Origin: Yuukianura sp. NJ FZ-2021
Taxonomy: Eukaryota
Length of the DNA: 64,000 nt
Reading direction: 5' to 3'
Assembly (NCBI GenBank): GCA_046563655.1
Contig: CM102287.1
Location: forward strand, 62,001-126,000
The notes under the pieces are model-generated. The model worked only from the letters and a program-made list of their open reading frames with translations. It was not told the origin of the DNA and searched no databases. The stretch's first letter is position 1, and each line of letters opens with the position of its first letter. The position numbers were made by a program, and so were the translations under genes. Positions 14,002 to 25,435 of this stretch are shown one piece after another.

Positions 14002-15308
14002 GTTCCAAACACGCGCCTCACCCAGAAGTAGTTAGAAGTGAAACCGACATTTTCAGTGAACCAGAAATGGACGTTAGTCTGCAAAGTAGTGGAATGTTTG
14101 AATATCACCCCTTGTCTACCTTGAGCGAAAATGGAGGTCCAATTTCTTTTCAAGTGAAGGGCAATGACGTTCACTATGTGGATCTTAGTGAAACTTTGTT
14201 ATATGTTCGCTGTAAAATTTCAAAAGCCAATGAAGACCCACTCGATGATAGAGCTACCATGCGAATTGCTCCAGTCAACAACTTTTTACATTCCCTATTC
14301 CAGCAGTGCTCTGTGTTTCTAAATGAAACACAAATTACCCCCACAATGTCGCTCTATCCTTATCGAGCATACATTGAGACTGTGCTTGCTTATGGTGGAG
14401 ATTATAAGGATACTCAAGCTGTGACAGCTCTTTACTTGAGAGAAGAAGAGAATTTGAGTGACACGGACGCTTCCCACAAAAAGAGACAAGAATTGGCAAC
14501 CAAGGGGTTGGATATGATTGGACGACCGTTTGCAGACATCTTTGCTCAAACTCGCTACTTGATTCCTGGAATTGACATTAGAGTAACTTTCAACCGTTCA
14601 ACTGAAGAATTTGCACTACACTCTCAGACAGACAATACAAATCGCTACAAAATCAACATTACTGAAGCCAGACTTTTAGTTAAAAAACACACGCTTCTCC
14701 CGAATATTTTGAATTGTCATTTGAAGATGTGGGCTAGTGGACAGCCAGCATGCTACCCAATGCGACGAATTGAGATGAAAACGTACAGTCTACCCCTTGG
14801 AACTCTGTCAAATGTCAATGAAAACTTGATTAGTGGACTTACTCCCCGACAGAATTATACTTTGTCTAGTTCAAAGTGAGAAAATGAACGGAACGCTGAC
14901 TACAAATCCCATTTGACTTTAAGCCACCAGAGTTGAGACAAATTTCTGTGACAGCAAATGGAGAACAACTTTATACCATCAAGCCTACCAATACAACAGC
15001 AGTGATGGAGATGTTCGCGTTTCCTGAAGCATACTATGGCATGTTTAATGGACTTGGACTGAGCGCTAGCAATGAAGGACCTGCCATTAGCCTTTCCGAG
15101 TTTACAAATGGAAAAGCTTTTTTCATTTTTAACCTCAGAAACATGAATCAAGGCTACTGTCCTCCAAGACACGGCAGTATAAAAATTGTTGTCCAGTTTG
15201 CAAAAGCCATCACTGAAGCCTGGAACGTCATCTGTCACGCAGACTTTCAATCGACGCTCTATATTGACGAAGGAAAGAACGTGTTCTTCAAGGACTTATT
15301 CTCACTAA
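13998..15308 (+). CDS. Major capsid protein (double jelly-roll, PY), broken by single-base insertions
   Basis: SETDIF..P, EYHPLSTL..GPISF, YVDLSETLLYV, PVNNFLHSLF, YPYRAYIET. Frames rejoin as LPDRIIL..NPFDF after removing +1 insertions at ~14841, ~14910 and ~15297. Confidence 0.9.
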
Positions 15309-15836
15309 TGGACACTACTCAAAATTTACCAATTTCTATCAAATATGACTCGCGGAACAAGAGCATATTTCAATGTAATTCCATGCGACCTGCTGGCAAA
15401 GCTAACAATTGCTCGCTTTCCCAGCCTACTTGGTTGTAAACAACAAGCCTTCAAATCATCCTGGGGAACATTGGGTGGCAATCTACATTGGAGGCAGGAC
15501 TGGACCCAATCATCTTCTTTTGCTCTTATGGACTTGGACTGGACTTTTACCCGCTCGACTTTAGAAATTTTGTAAATAAGTTTTCATGTAAAATTTTGGA
15601 AAACACTAGACCATTGCAAGCTATTGAATTCTGATGTTTGTGGGCAATATGCAATTTACTTTTTGTATAAAATGATGCATGGCTGTTGTATTCTATCTAC
15701 TTATTGTCACTTTTCTCCCAATAGAAATTTAAATGATAAAAAAGTACGCAAATTTGTTACATTGAAAAATCATTTATTGAATTCAAAGTGTATATTTAAA
15801 CACAAAATAATAAATCAATGCTGTATAAAATTGTAA
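15308..15836 (+). CDS. Adenain-type cysteine maturation protease (frameshifted in this assembly)
   Basis: Reconstructed VVNNKPSNHPGEHWVAIY...FFCSYG...LQAINSDVCGQYAIYFL, needing four +1 corrections. ATG overlaps the MCP stop (TAATG). Confidence 0.88.
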
Positions 15837-15857
15837 AATTTTTTGTTGTGTTGAAAT

Positions 15858-16502
15858 TTATTCCCAATTGGCTGGAGTTTTCCACTCTTCCAGAAAGGTG
15901 TAATCTAATCGAGGCCGTTTCCTAGGGGAGCTTTTTCGAGTTTTTCCAGGAGTTGCCGAGTCGTCTTCATCAAAGTGGTGAAGATGTGTTTTTGGCAGAA
16001 GATCCAACGGAAATCCTTTTGAGGTTAAAAAGTTTTTGATTGGCTCGAGCTCAGCCTTTGAAATTTTGCATCTTCCATTTGACAATTTCTTTAGGATTGA
16101 ATCAAATGTTGAAAGTGGTAGTGATCCACCGTCAAATTTTACAACGCCGGAAGCTAGTGTTGCTCCATTGTCAATAAAAAACTGTAAAAGATGAACTCCA
16201 ACTCTAGTTCGGCCGCCAAAGTCAAACTTCTCATCTGGCTCAGGTGGTGTCTCCACTGATGATACGTCTACTGGCGGATCTGGTACAGCTTTAACAAGAA
16301 CATCTGATTTCTCACGTTTTTTCTTTTCTGCTAATCGTCGTAGCACATCTTGAAGTAACATGTTTTGGATTTCTTCCGAATCGTTAAGATTAAGCAAATG
16401 GTTTTTTTCAATTTCAAGTCGTTCAACTTCAGTTGGTTTTGAAGTTTGAGACATTAGACGCTCAAAGTCCTCATTGCTGATGACCTTCAATTTTGTGGGC
16501 AT
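15858..16502 (-). CDS. Polinton protein of unknown function (starts MPTKLKVIS)
   Basis: ~214-aa ORF whose ATG follows directly after the upstream ORF stop; basic C-terminus. Confidence 0.65.
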   Translation of the reverse strand: MPTKLKVISNEDFERLMSQTSKPTEVERLEIEKNHLLNLNDSEEIQNMLLQDVLRRLAEKKKREKSDVLVKAVPDPPVDVSSVETPPEPDEKFDFGGRTRVGVHLLQFFIDNGATLASGVVKFDGGSLPLSTFDSILKKLSNGRCKISKAELEPIKNFLTSKGFPLDLLPKTHLHHFDEDDSATPGKTRKSSPRKRPRLDYTFLEEWKTPANWE

Positions 16503-16504
16503 GT

Positions 16505-16840
16505 TTAAAACAGTTCGCCTAGAAGCTCTCCTATAACTGGAATTGCTGCGCCAAGTAACAACGGTAGGAATCCGCCTTGCTGAACAAGAAGACGACGCTT
16601 GTGATCTGCTCTTCCTCTGTGTGATATCAGACGTCTGATGTGCTCCTGGTGAGGAACAAGGCGTTTTATAGCTTTGGCTGGGATCTCCAAGCGGCCATTG
16701 TATACATTGTGAACGCATTCACAAATTGCACCAATTTGCTCAGGGCTTGCACAATTCAAATGAAAACCTCGTTTCTTTTCAGAACGAGAATTCAAGTTTT
16801 TTAGAAAATTGAGATGCTTGTCGATTTTGGTTCTAACCAT
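16505..16840 (-). CDS. Core protein with adenovirus pX-like C-terminus ('GasderminX'-type)
   Basis: EQIGAICECVHNV..G and QQGG/FLPLLLGAAIPVIGELL, an adenain cleavage site followed by a hydrophobic helix. Confidence 0.8.
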   Translation of the reverse strand: MVRTKIDKHLNFLKNLNSRSEKKRGFHLNCASPEQIGAICECVHNVYNGRLEIPAKAIKRLVPHQEHIRRLISHRGRADHKRRLLVQQGGFLPLLLGAAIPVIGELLGELF

Positions 16841-16859
16841 TTTGATTGCTGGAAAGCGA

Positions 16860-16899
16860 ATGATATAAATTGCGCTGTACAGTGCCCTTTTATATCATT
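16860..16899. promoter_or_regulatory. Candidate bidirectional core promoter
   Basis: ATGATATAAA-N20-TTTATATCAT inverted repeat in the 65-bp gap between divergent ATGs (16840 and 16906). Confidence 0.6.
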
Positions 16900-16905
16900 T
16901 ACACA

Positions 16906-17829
16906 ATGGATCTGAAACAGCAATGGCTAGACACCTCGTTGCCTGGAGGCTTCTCTGGAGCGGCTGGGTTTCAAAAAGATTCAAAAACTAAGGCATCTCT
17001 ACACCGTGTCAAGAAAATTTTGAAACAAATTCCAAGCTATCAACTCCATCATCCAGTACGATATAAGTTTCCTCGTCGTCGGGTTTATGTGGGAGGTATG
17101 CATGAACAGTACTGTGCAGACTTGAAGGACATTCAAAGCGTATCAGGAAGTAACAATAAGAAGAGGTACTTGCTGGTGGTTGATTGATGCATTTTCAAAA
17201 CAAGCCTGGATCGAAGCAATTCCAAACAAGACGGGGCCAGTAACTCTTGCCAGCATTCGAAAAAATTTTACAAGCGAAGTGGTGGAAAACCTAGATGTTT
17301 GCAAGTAGATGAAGGTTCTGAATTTTTAAATAGACACATGAAAGCTTATTTGAAGCGTGAAGATATCAAACTCTTCTGGACACATTCGCCACTAAAATGT
17401 GTCATTGTGGAACGTTTTATTCGAACACTATTTATGAAAATTCAGCGCTACTTGACACACTACAAAACAAAAAAGTTTGTTGATAAATTGTCCGATTTTG
17501 AAAATCTGTACAATCATGCTTATCATCGAAGCATCAAGATGGCGCCATGTGAAGTGACTAAAAGAAATGAGGATAAAGTACGCCAAAACTTGTACCCAGA
17601 AGTAGCAGTAGACTATAAAAAGCCAAAACTCAAAGCAAACGATCTTGTGCTTGTTGCCAGAATTAAAAAAACTTTTGAAAAGGGCTACTCGACAAACTAT
17701 ATTGACGAACTTTATCGCATTGTAAGGATTAAAGCGACTAAACCATACGTTTACAAGTTAGAAGATCTCGAGGGCACCCCTATTCTGGGTAGTTTTTATG
17801 ACAAGCAACTACTGAAATTGGACCAGTAA
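16906..17829 (+). CDS. Retroviral-like (rve) integrase, frameshifted near 17180-17280
   Basis: PGGFSG, YQLHHPVR..FPRRRV, YCADLKD, QVDEGSEF, IVERFIRT, YNHAYHRSIKMAP, FEKGY, GSFY. Confidence 0.92.
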
Positions 17830-18101
17830 CTCTATAGAACTCGATCAGAAAACATGTGTTTTTTCAAAGTTTGTGAGTACTTTTTGACCAAGATGTTTGG
17901 AAGCAAGGAAGATCCCACCATTTCCGTTTGCGACGAGAACAAGATTAGCTGCATGTGCTGCTCAACCACTGCAAGACGAGGATCAACCAAGAAACAACAT
18001 ACTAAAACTATTTTAGTTACTGAATTGTAAAAATACATTTAATTCAAAAATTTCTGAATAAATCAATTCAAAATGCACAAAATTTTTGTTTTAAATTTTA
18101 T

Positions 18102-19025
18102 TTAGTCGTTGACATAAACATAACAATTTTCGGGAAAAATGCTACTTCTAATTCGATAGTCGTCCTTTTGTGATTGAGTCAGATCAATTAAAAGATATCC
18201 ATAGGGTTTCGCCATGCTTTCCTTGTATGCCAGATCCATTGTCGCGTTCTTCTTTCCTCCATTCATTTGTCTTCCAAGACAGGAAACAAAAGCCGAGTCT
18301 CGTGGATTCTTCATCAGTACCAAGTACTGGCAATTGAGTGTAATTTCTCTCAAGTTTTTATGGAAAAAGTTTTGAACCAAGATGATCAGCGACACATTTC
18401 GGTGATGAGAAGTTCTCGTAAATGCTGCTCCGACTTCTCCCTTCTTTCCAGCCTCGTGCATCAAATCGTCTAGAACCATGATCGAAGGTCGATCTGATCC
18501 ATCGTGCCATTTCTCGGGCAGCCCTTGAACAAACTGAATGCCAGGGATTTTAGCTTTAAGTTCTCCAAAGAGCCCACTCTGCCACTCCGTGTAACAATAA
18601 GTTACATTTGCAATTCCACTTGAAGTTTTTACAATTTCATTTCTTCGAATCAAAATTTCCTTGACGAGTGTGCTTTTTCCCGTGTTTGTCATTCCGCTCA
18701 CACACATTGTAAAAGGAGCCACAAGTTGCAAGTCAATCTCATCACCAGAGCGTGGATGCTGAAGTAGAGCGCGGCTCCCCCAACCCGTCACCATGGCGGC
18801 GGCGGTGGTGGAGCCCCAGGGCTTTGCGGCGGCGGCGGCGGCGGCGGTGGAGTCCCAGGGCATTGCGGTGGCGGCGGCGGCGGCGGCGGCGGTGGGGGCG
18901 GCGGCGGCGGCGGTGGGAGAACCCAACAGTAATGCTACCGAGAGACATTTTGAACAAGTTTTTTCATGACGTTTAGCAACGTCTAAACGAGAAAATAAGT
19001 TTCCACAGCGAGAGTATGCACTCAT
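18102..19025 (-). CDS. A32/FtsK-like genome packaging ATPase with an N-terminal Zn-finger-like segment and poly-Ala linker
   Basis: Walker A GMTNTGKS, Walker B IMVLDDLM, SHHRNVSLIILVQNFF, KNPRD, PYGYLLIDL. Confidence 0.93.
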   Translation of the reverse strand: MSAYSRCGNLFSRLDVAKRHEKTCSKCLSVALLLGSPTAAAAAPTAAAAAAATAMPWDSTAAAAAAAKPWGSTTAAAMVTGWGSRALLQHPRSGDEIDLQLVAPFTMCVSGMTNTGKSTLVKEILIRRNEIVKTSSGIANVTYCYTEWQSGLFGELKAKIPGIQFVQGLPEKWHDGSDRPSIMVLDDLMHEAGKKGEVGAAFTRTSHHRNVSLIILVQNFFHKNLREITLNCQYLVLMKNPRDSAFVSCLGRQMNGGKKNATMDLAYKESMAKPYGYLLIDLTQSQKDDYRIRSSIFPENCYVYVND

Positions 19026-19155
19026 AGTTCAAAGAGCAAATGACAAATAAACTTCAACTTCAGGAATGCTTTGTTTTTTTATATACAAAAATTTTTTATT
19101 ATACAAGTATTTTAAAACTTTTTTTTAAATTTATTGTAACTTAAAATAAAAAATT

Positions 19156-22100
19156 TTATTTTGGAATGTCTTTATGACCAAAAGCTAAAGTGTTTACATT
19201 ATCTACAGCGTATCTCTTGGTGTCCAATCCGTTGAGAGCTTTCTTCATGGTGACCTCTGTGAAAATTCGATGTTCGACGCTTCTGAAACCGCGCATGGTG
19301 ACCATAGTCTGAACATTCTCCTTGAGGACTCGCTCATAGTCTTCAAACTTGACTTGGCCGTTAACAGCTGTTTTTGTGATTCCCTTTGCCTTCTTGGTAT
19401 ACTCATCTTTCAGGAGCCATTTACCATCCGGCGTCTTTTGGAATTCTCCTCCGACTTGCGCTACCTTTAGGGCTCGAATTGTGTACATCTTTGGCCGCGG
19501 GCAGTAGACATGAGTGATCACCGATCCGGCAGTCTCGTCCTTGAATTTTCCCAGAACTTTCTTATTTGTCGGATCGTGAAATCTTCCAAACTGCGGATGA
19601 TTTTCTGGGTATTCACTCATATCGTAGTGCTCCCTTTGCTGCAGCATGTCTTCATAAACGTCATTGGTCTGGATGTGATAGATGAATGAATCTGAAACAA
19701 AATATTATTGAAATATAATCAAAAACTGAAAAGCTAAGACTTGAGAGTTAATAAAGTACCTGTGTCAGTGTAAATCAGACGGCACTTGTCGCCATATCGA
19801 TTCTGCATCACCGCTCTGTGATGCCGATACATAATACTTTTAGCAAAGTCCAAAATGCTGACTCCTGTGAAGATTGGCTTGTTGAGGGTGACTTGAAGCC
19901 GTTTCATCATGAAAATACATGTTGTTTCGTTAATGGGGATCACATTTTGAACAGTAGGCTTCTTGTTGTAGTACAGCGCCTTCTCCATTGTTGTGACTAC
20001 CCGAACGTTTTGTCGTTTTCTAACTTGCTCAATGGTTTTACCGAAAGCAGAGTTGTTGAGCAACTTCCAAAAGTCCTTGGCGAAATCGCTCGTGGCCTTC
20101 TTCCTCATTTCAGTATTAAAGTCGATGAATCCCTTCATCCATGGGCCTTGAATAAAAGAAATTCCACGGTGGACCTTTGTAACCTTGGCTCCCATTTTGA
20201 GGTATTCTTTAAGCACCTCCTGGTGCAGAATGTAGTTTTTCTTGTTATTTAGATCTGCAACCAGCTTTTTGACTTTGAAAAGTCCAGGGCCTGACTTGAG
20301 ATCCTGTAAGAGTTGATTTTGATGTGCAGAGAGCTCTTCCATTGGAACAGTTCTTGCAACTGGGGCTGGAGGGTAATCATTTAATATGTCGTGTAGACTC
20401 TCATCAATTTCCAAATCAACCTCCAACATGTAGCCAATCGTTTTTGTCGTTTCAGTTTCGGCGACAAAATCGTCGATATTGCTGGAAATTTTCTCGATTT
20501 CTTCTTCGGTGAGCCATTTAAATTGACCAAGAGGGAGCGCAATACTCATCGACTTGCCCTACAAATATCATAATTGTGAAAACTGAAACAATAAATTTAA
20601 CTCTATAGACTTACATATAAGTTGTTGGCATCAATGTAAAGAATGTAAAATAACGCTTTCGTTGGATCGAATTCATCACCCATATATGGATTGTTGGCGA
20701 CGGCTTCCCGCCTAGAGCCAACACTGACATAGCCGCCTATAACAGAAATTTATTAGAAATACTTCAATATAAATTTAACACAATTTTCTTACCTCGAATT
20801 CCGTGTTCTATCCAGCAATGCATCGTAGGATCGGTGATCAAGTCTAAGACGACCCCTGATTTCTTGAGAACACAGTCCATCGCCATCATTGGCAGGGAAA
20901 AATAATGGCCCAGTTCCAGCCCGTAACTGTCCATCATCAGCTTCCGAACACCTTCCATCACGTCAGCTAGAAGGGACACGTCCAGACGAACGTAGAGGTC
21001 ATGCCACTCCCCCATGTTTTGAATGTTAAAACTCTTCCAAACCTCCTTCGCATGATTGTAAACAGCGTCTTGAATTGGTGTTTCGGTCATGTCATTGAAG
21101 AACGCTTCTTTTGGAGGTAAACTTGTCATCTCAAAATCTTGGCATGACGTCATCAGTGAATATGGGTAAGCGCCCTTCTTGAAGAGAAGATCAATGTTAG
21201 CACCTTGATCAACTTCACGCTGAAACTCTTGTCTAGTTATGTCAAATTTGGCATTTGGGTCTTTGCGCATAACTTCAACCAGTTTGTCCAGTGATTTTAG
21301 AGTGAAGCCGAGACTGTCGGTGAAACGGAGCTTGTATTTCTCCCGTCGTCTCACGTTTTCTCGCGTGATCTCCTCCTCTACGTTTTCTTCTTCGCCCGAA
21401 CGTTCCGGTGATACGGTGACACACAAATACTTCTCGCTACTCTTTGGGATCACTTCAACGTGACTGATGATTTTATCTTCCGTTAGCTTTCCCATGGCCT
21501 GAATCAAGAAGTGCACGTCGTAAGATGAGAAGTTGTGTAGAAAGACTGGGAACTCTTTTTTAATTTGAGCCTGGAGATTGCAGTCTTGATGAGCCATGCC
21601 GATATAGTTGAATGGAGGGAGATGGGAATGATGACGCACTTTCCAGTCCGTCTTCTCAAAAAGCTTCTCACAGAAACAGCAGAAACGTGCAGTCTTTTTC
21701 TCTTCTCGCTGTCTGGGAGTCATGTTTCTTTCCAGCATATCAGGAGCAATTCGCTCATACTCGTCCACTTCTTCGCCGAGGGTTTTGGAGAAACGAAGGA
21801 TGCTTTCCATGAAATGTGCAGCAATGTCTTCATCGTCTTCTGTGGCATGATAGTACTCGCCATGGCGGCGCTTCCCCTCAAAATCCACACAAACCCATGC
21901 ATAACCACAGGGCTTGTGTGTATGCGTACAACGATGATTTTCTGTTGGCTTACTTTTAATCCCAGTGACTCGTTCTTTAAGTTTTCGACGCTCGTCTTCT
22001 TGTTCGGCTGAGGCATGAAACTTTGCTAGAAAAGCTTCGAAATCAGCGTAGAATCGAAAAGGGACTGGCTGAGTTCTAGCCCACTTGTTAAAGTAAAGCT

Positions 22101-23613
22101 CGTTTTCATTTTCTTTGGGATAAGTCACTTTCTGCAGACCAAGGGCAGCACAAAATGGTTTATGCTCTTCCAGAGTTTTTGGCTGTTGGAAATTGGAAAG
22201 GCAGTTGCGACAAATATGCTTCATTCTGTGGTCGTTTGGTGCTCGCATGAGTGTCTCGAGATTTCGAATTAAAACAAAATGAGCGTTGTTACCTTTCATC
22301 AGACACATTAAATCAACATGAATGTCCTTGTTTTGCTTTGAATTGTATAGGATGGAGATGTTGCTTTGGATATACTTGAAAAGCTCCAAGTCTTCCATTT
22401 TTGACTTCTTTCCTTCTCTTCTCTCTGGAGCTGACGGTACGTCCATGTCATAACCAAGCACAGTCACGGAAATGCCGGGGTTGAGCGCTTCAAATTTCGG
22501 GATTTGCTCGAGAGTCATTGGAAAGTGAAGCCCCGTAGTGTTGACCTTGTGACCGTGTGGCGCGTATGTCTTCACTAGCTTATCAATTCTGTGGCGGTTT
22601 TTGTTGCTTGAGGGTACTCCAGCGATTTTGTCATGTGCAAGCACAGACCAGAGGAAGCACTTGTTATGTGAATTCGTTATTGAGATTTCGCTGTTGTCGA
22701 TATTGAGCAGTGACTTTTTGTGCTCGGACAGCGGAAACGGTGTCTCAATATAAGTTCCCACTTTAGTAAACTGGTACTTGGCAGTTACGAACCTGAATTC
22801 TGATATGTAATCAAGATCCCACCCACTTCCTTCATGGGTAAAGTCTTCAATCTGATCAGACATTTCATGACACATGATTGACCACACACGAGGTAATGAC
22901 GCTGGGGTAAAGACAAGATGGCGATAAGAAGTAAATCCTGCATCCTTGGTGTCAATACTGCCATCTGCATGTGTTTTTGTGAAGCGACATTTCATGGAAA
23001 AGAACACTCTCGCATTCTTCCACTTTTTGAGATCATTTTCAATGTTGTCAAACGATGATTGCTGTACACTGTTGAAAAAGTCACGCTCATCGAATCCGCT
23101 ACCACACTGGAATTTCTCAAACTCTGCCAAGTACTTTGTACACATATTAAGGGAAGTAAGAACAGGCTTCACCAAAATTAGTTCTATAGCCGACGGCTGA
23201 AGTCCTCCAGTTTGCACACTATAAAAGTCTGGATGCACATTGTGGAAATGTTCTTGAAGTTTGTCTCGACAGTTGAACGATAAACCACAAGGTGGACACA
23301 AAAGTTCTCGATATACTTGAAGGATTTCACGGTTTACTGGAAGAGAGGCAGGTTCCTGGAAATCTTGATCATGACGCTCCATGAAGTGGTGGTCCAACTC
23401 TTCTTGAGCGAAGAATCCAGCAAAACAAACTGGACACTCGAAATCCGCCATTTTACCACAAGGTAACTGACGAAAGTCTTCGTCATGGCTGCTAACATGT
23501 TCTGCCAAGTCTTTTTTCTTATAGAACTTTACGCCACAAATGGGGCACTCGTGATTCCTGACACAAATTTGCTTTGACGAGCCAGCTACTGGAGATGCTG
23601 AACGCTTTGACAT
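19156..23613 (-). CDS. Protein-primed family B DNA polymerase, 4 coding exons: 23613-20793, 20736-20615, 20558-19760, 19691-19156
   Basis: ExoI YADFE, ExoII HNFSSYD, ExoIII YVRLDV. Splicing restores IRGG, YIDANNLYGKSM and YTDTDS; KLLNNSAFGK present; N-terminal C2H2 fingers. Confidence 0.93.
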
Positions 23614-23726
23614 CTTTAGAAATAGTGAAAATAAAATAGTTAGTAAAAACATAACCTAACATTTGGTTCTAACCTTTATAAATAGTTAAATACTTTAAAA
23701 TGCTAAAATCGTTCTCGGGCATTTGA

Positions 23727-24508
23727 TAAGTAGCTTCCGCTACTTAATCGCCACGTTTTCACTAGCAAAACGCTTTACGAACAGATGTGCGAACTACAAT
23801 AACAATAGAACATCGTAAAGTAGCTTCCGCTACTTAACAACAACAACCTCGTTTTTGTTGAAATACATGCCTGATGGACAGACGGAGAATCAAGACAATT
23901 AAGCAGCTTCAGCTACTTTATAACCAGTCCTGTGTTGGTTAGTAAAAAGTTAATTAAAAGAACACTTAAATGCTTTATGGACAGATGGACAGACAGACAG
24001 TTATGCCTTGAAGTAGCTTCCGCTACTTTATAACTACGTTCTGTATTGTTTAGTAAAACGTTAATTCAAATAACGCTTAAATGCTTTACGGACAGACGGA
24101 CAGACAGACAGTTAGGTCGTAAAGTAGCTTCCGCTACTTTATAACTACGTTCTGTATTGTTTAGTAAAAAGTTAATTCAAATAACGCTTAAATGCTTTAC
24201 GGACAGACGGACAGACAGACAGTTAGGTCTTAAAGTAGCTTCCGCTACTTTATAACTACGTTCTGTATTGTTTAGTAAAACGTTAATTCAAATAACGCTT
24301 AAATGCTTTACGGACAGACGGACAGACAGACAGTTAGGTCTTAAAGTAGCTTCCGCTACTTTATAACTACGTTCTGTATTGTTCAGTAAAACGTTAATTC
24401 AAATAACGCTTAAATGCTTTACGGACAGACGGACAGACAGACAGTTAGGTCTTAAAGTAGCTTCCGCTACTTTATAACTACGTTCTGTATTGTTTAGTAA
24501 AACGTTAA
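23727..24508. repeat. 111-bp tandem array with an AAGTAGC-TTCC-GCTACTT hairpin and GACA/GACG microsatellite in each unit
   Basis: Hairpin starts at 24011, 24122, 24233, 24344 and 24455; degenerate copies at ~23728, 23818 and 23901. Confidence 0.92.
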
Positions 24509-24608
24509 NNNNNNNNNNNNNNNNNNNNNNNNNNNNNNNNNNNNNNNNNNNNNNNNNNNNNNNNNNNNNNNNNNNNNNNNNNNNNNNNNNNNNNNNNNNN
24601 NNNNNNNN
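24509..24608. other. Assembly gap (100 N)
   Basis: Run of N. Confidence 1.
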
Positions 24609-24762
24609 TCTCTGGAATTGAAATAAAGTGGATGAGGTTTTTCAATTGTTGTAAGGTTGCATGCAACTTGTAACTTATGGACCGCGAGGCGACGGTGACG
24701 TACCTGTTTTGTAATTGATGAATAAAGTAACTTTACGGTCCGTAAGTTACGGAAACCTAATC

Positions 24763-24842
24763 GGGGCGAGTTGGCTCAGTGGTTAAGCCGCCAATGCTTT
24801 TCCACTGGCCGACATGAGTTCGCAACCAGCCAGCGGGGAGGG
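24763..24842 (+). mobile_element. tRNA-derived SINE head or tRNA pseudogene
   Basis: A box TGGCTCAGTGG and B box GAGTTCGCAACC; no proper acceptor stem. Confidence 0.55.
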
Positions 24843-24849
24843 AAAAAAG

Positions 24850-25014
24850 AATTTTTCGTAACGAAAATTAATGAAATTATTACGGATTATATATGGGAAA
24901 GGAAAAGAAACTGGGTTAAAGCTGCATTTCTCTTTTTTCCAGTGAGCATAGGTGGTTTAGGAATAAAGGATTTGCAGACACAACACTTGATTTTTAAAAT
25001 CAGAAATATTTTAA
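24850..25014 (+). pseudogene. LINE (L1/Tx1-like) ORF2 fragment, left part
   Basis: KINEIITDYIW..K.NWV......P...GGLGIKDL, the post-RT motif of L1/Tx1 elements. Confidence 0.75.
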
Positions 25015-25239
25015 GGAGAGACTGGAGGTCAATAAAAATAACGCCAAAAAACGTTTTGTTGACATGGCAACGACTGAAAATTTAGAATTTACACCCTACG
25101 TAATCACGCAAAACCCGAACGGGTGTTCCTTACAATTGAAATTTTGTGCAACAAATGAAAACACACCAATCACAGCGATAATCCCATATTCTAGCTTATG
25201 TAACTTGCATTTTTTACATAAGACATAATACAATAATAT

Positions 25240-25385
25240 AATACAATACATAATACAATACATAATACAATACATTATACAATACATAATACAATACATT
25301 ATACAATACATAATACAATACATAATACAATACATAATACAATACATAATACAATACATAATACAATACATAATACAATACAATT
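25240..25385. repeat. 12-bp minisatellite (AATACAATACAT)n, ~12 copies
   Basis: Read directly. Confidence 0.95.
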
Positions 25386-25435
25386 ACATGAATAAGCAGC
25401 TAAACGAAGGAATTAGTTTTTACAAAGCCCAGTAT

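Larger units (their letters stand above)
10703..24508. mobile_element. Polinton/Maverick (adintovirus-like) element; right end lost in the assembly gap
   Basis: Begins AGTAG exactly where satellite identity ends. Carries mCP, MCP, adenain protease, rve integrase, packaging ATPase and pPolB. Confidence 0.93.

Noticed and set aside
14840..17290. Frameshifts in MCP, protease and integrase as programmed recoding or true pseudogenisation
   Set aside because: Those I could reconstruct are single-base insertions, clustered, with no substitution-type nonsense codons. This fits long-read consensus error better; it needs a read check.
18742..18976. Poly-Arg protamine-like ORFs
   Set aside because: Alternative frames of the (GCC)n tract in the ATPase gene.
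24763..24842. Functional tRNA gene
   Set aside because: A and B boxes are present but acceptor and anticodon stems do not pair.
25096..25383. (MYCI)n ORF
   Set aside because: Translation of a 12-bp minisatellite.
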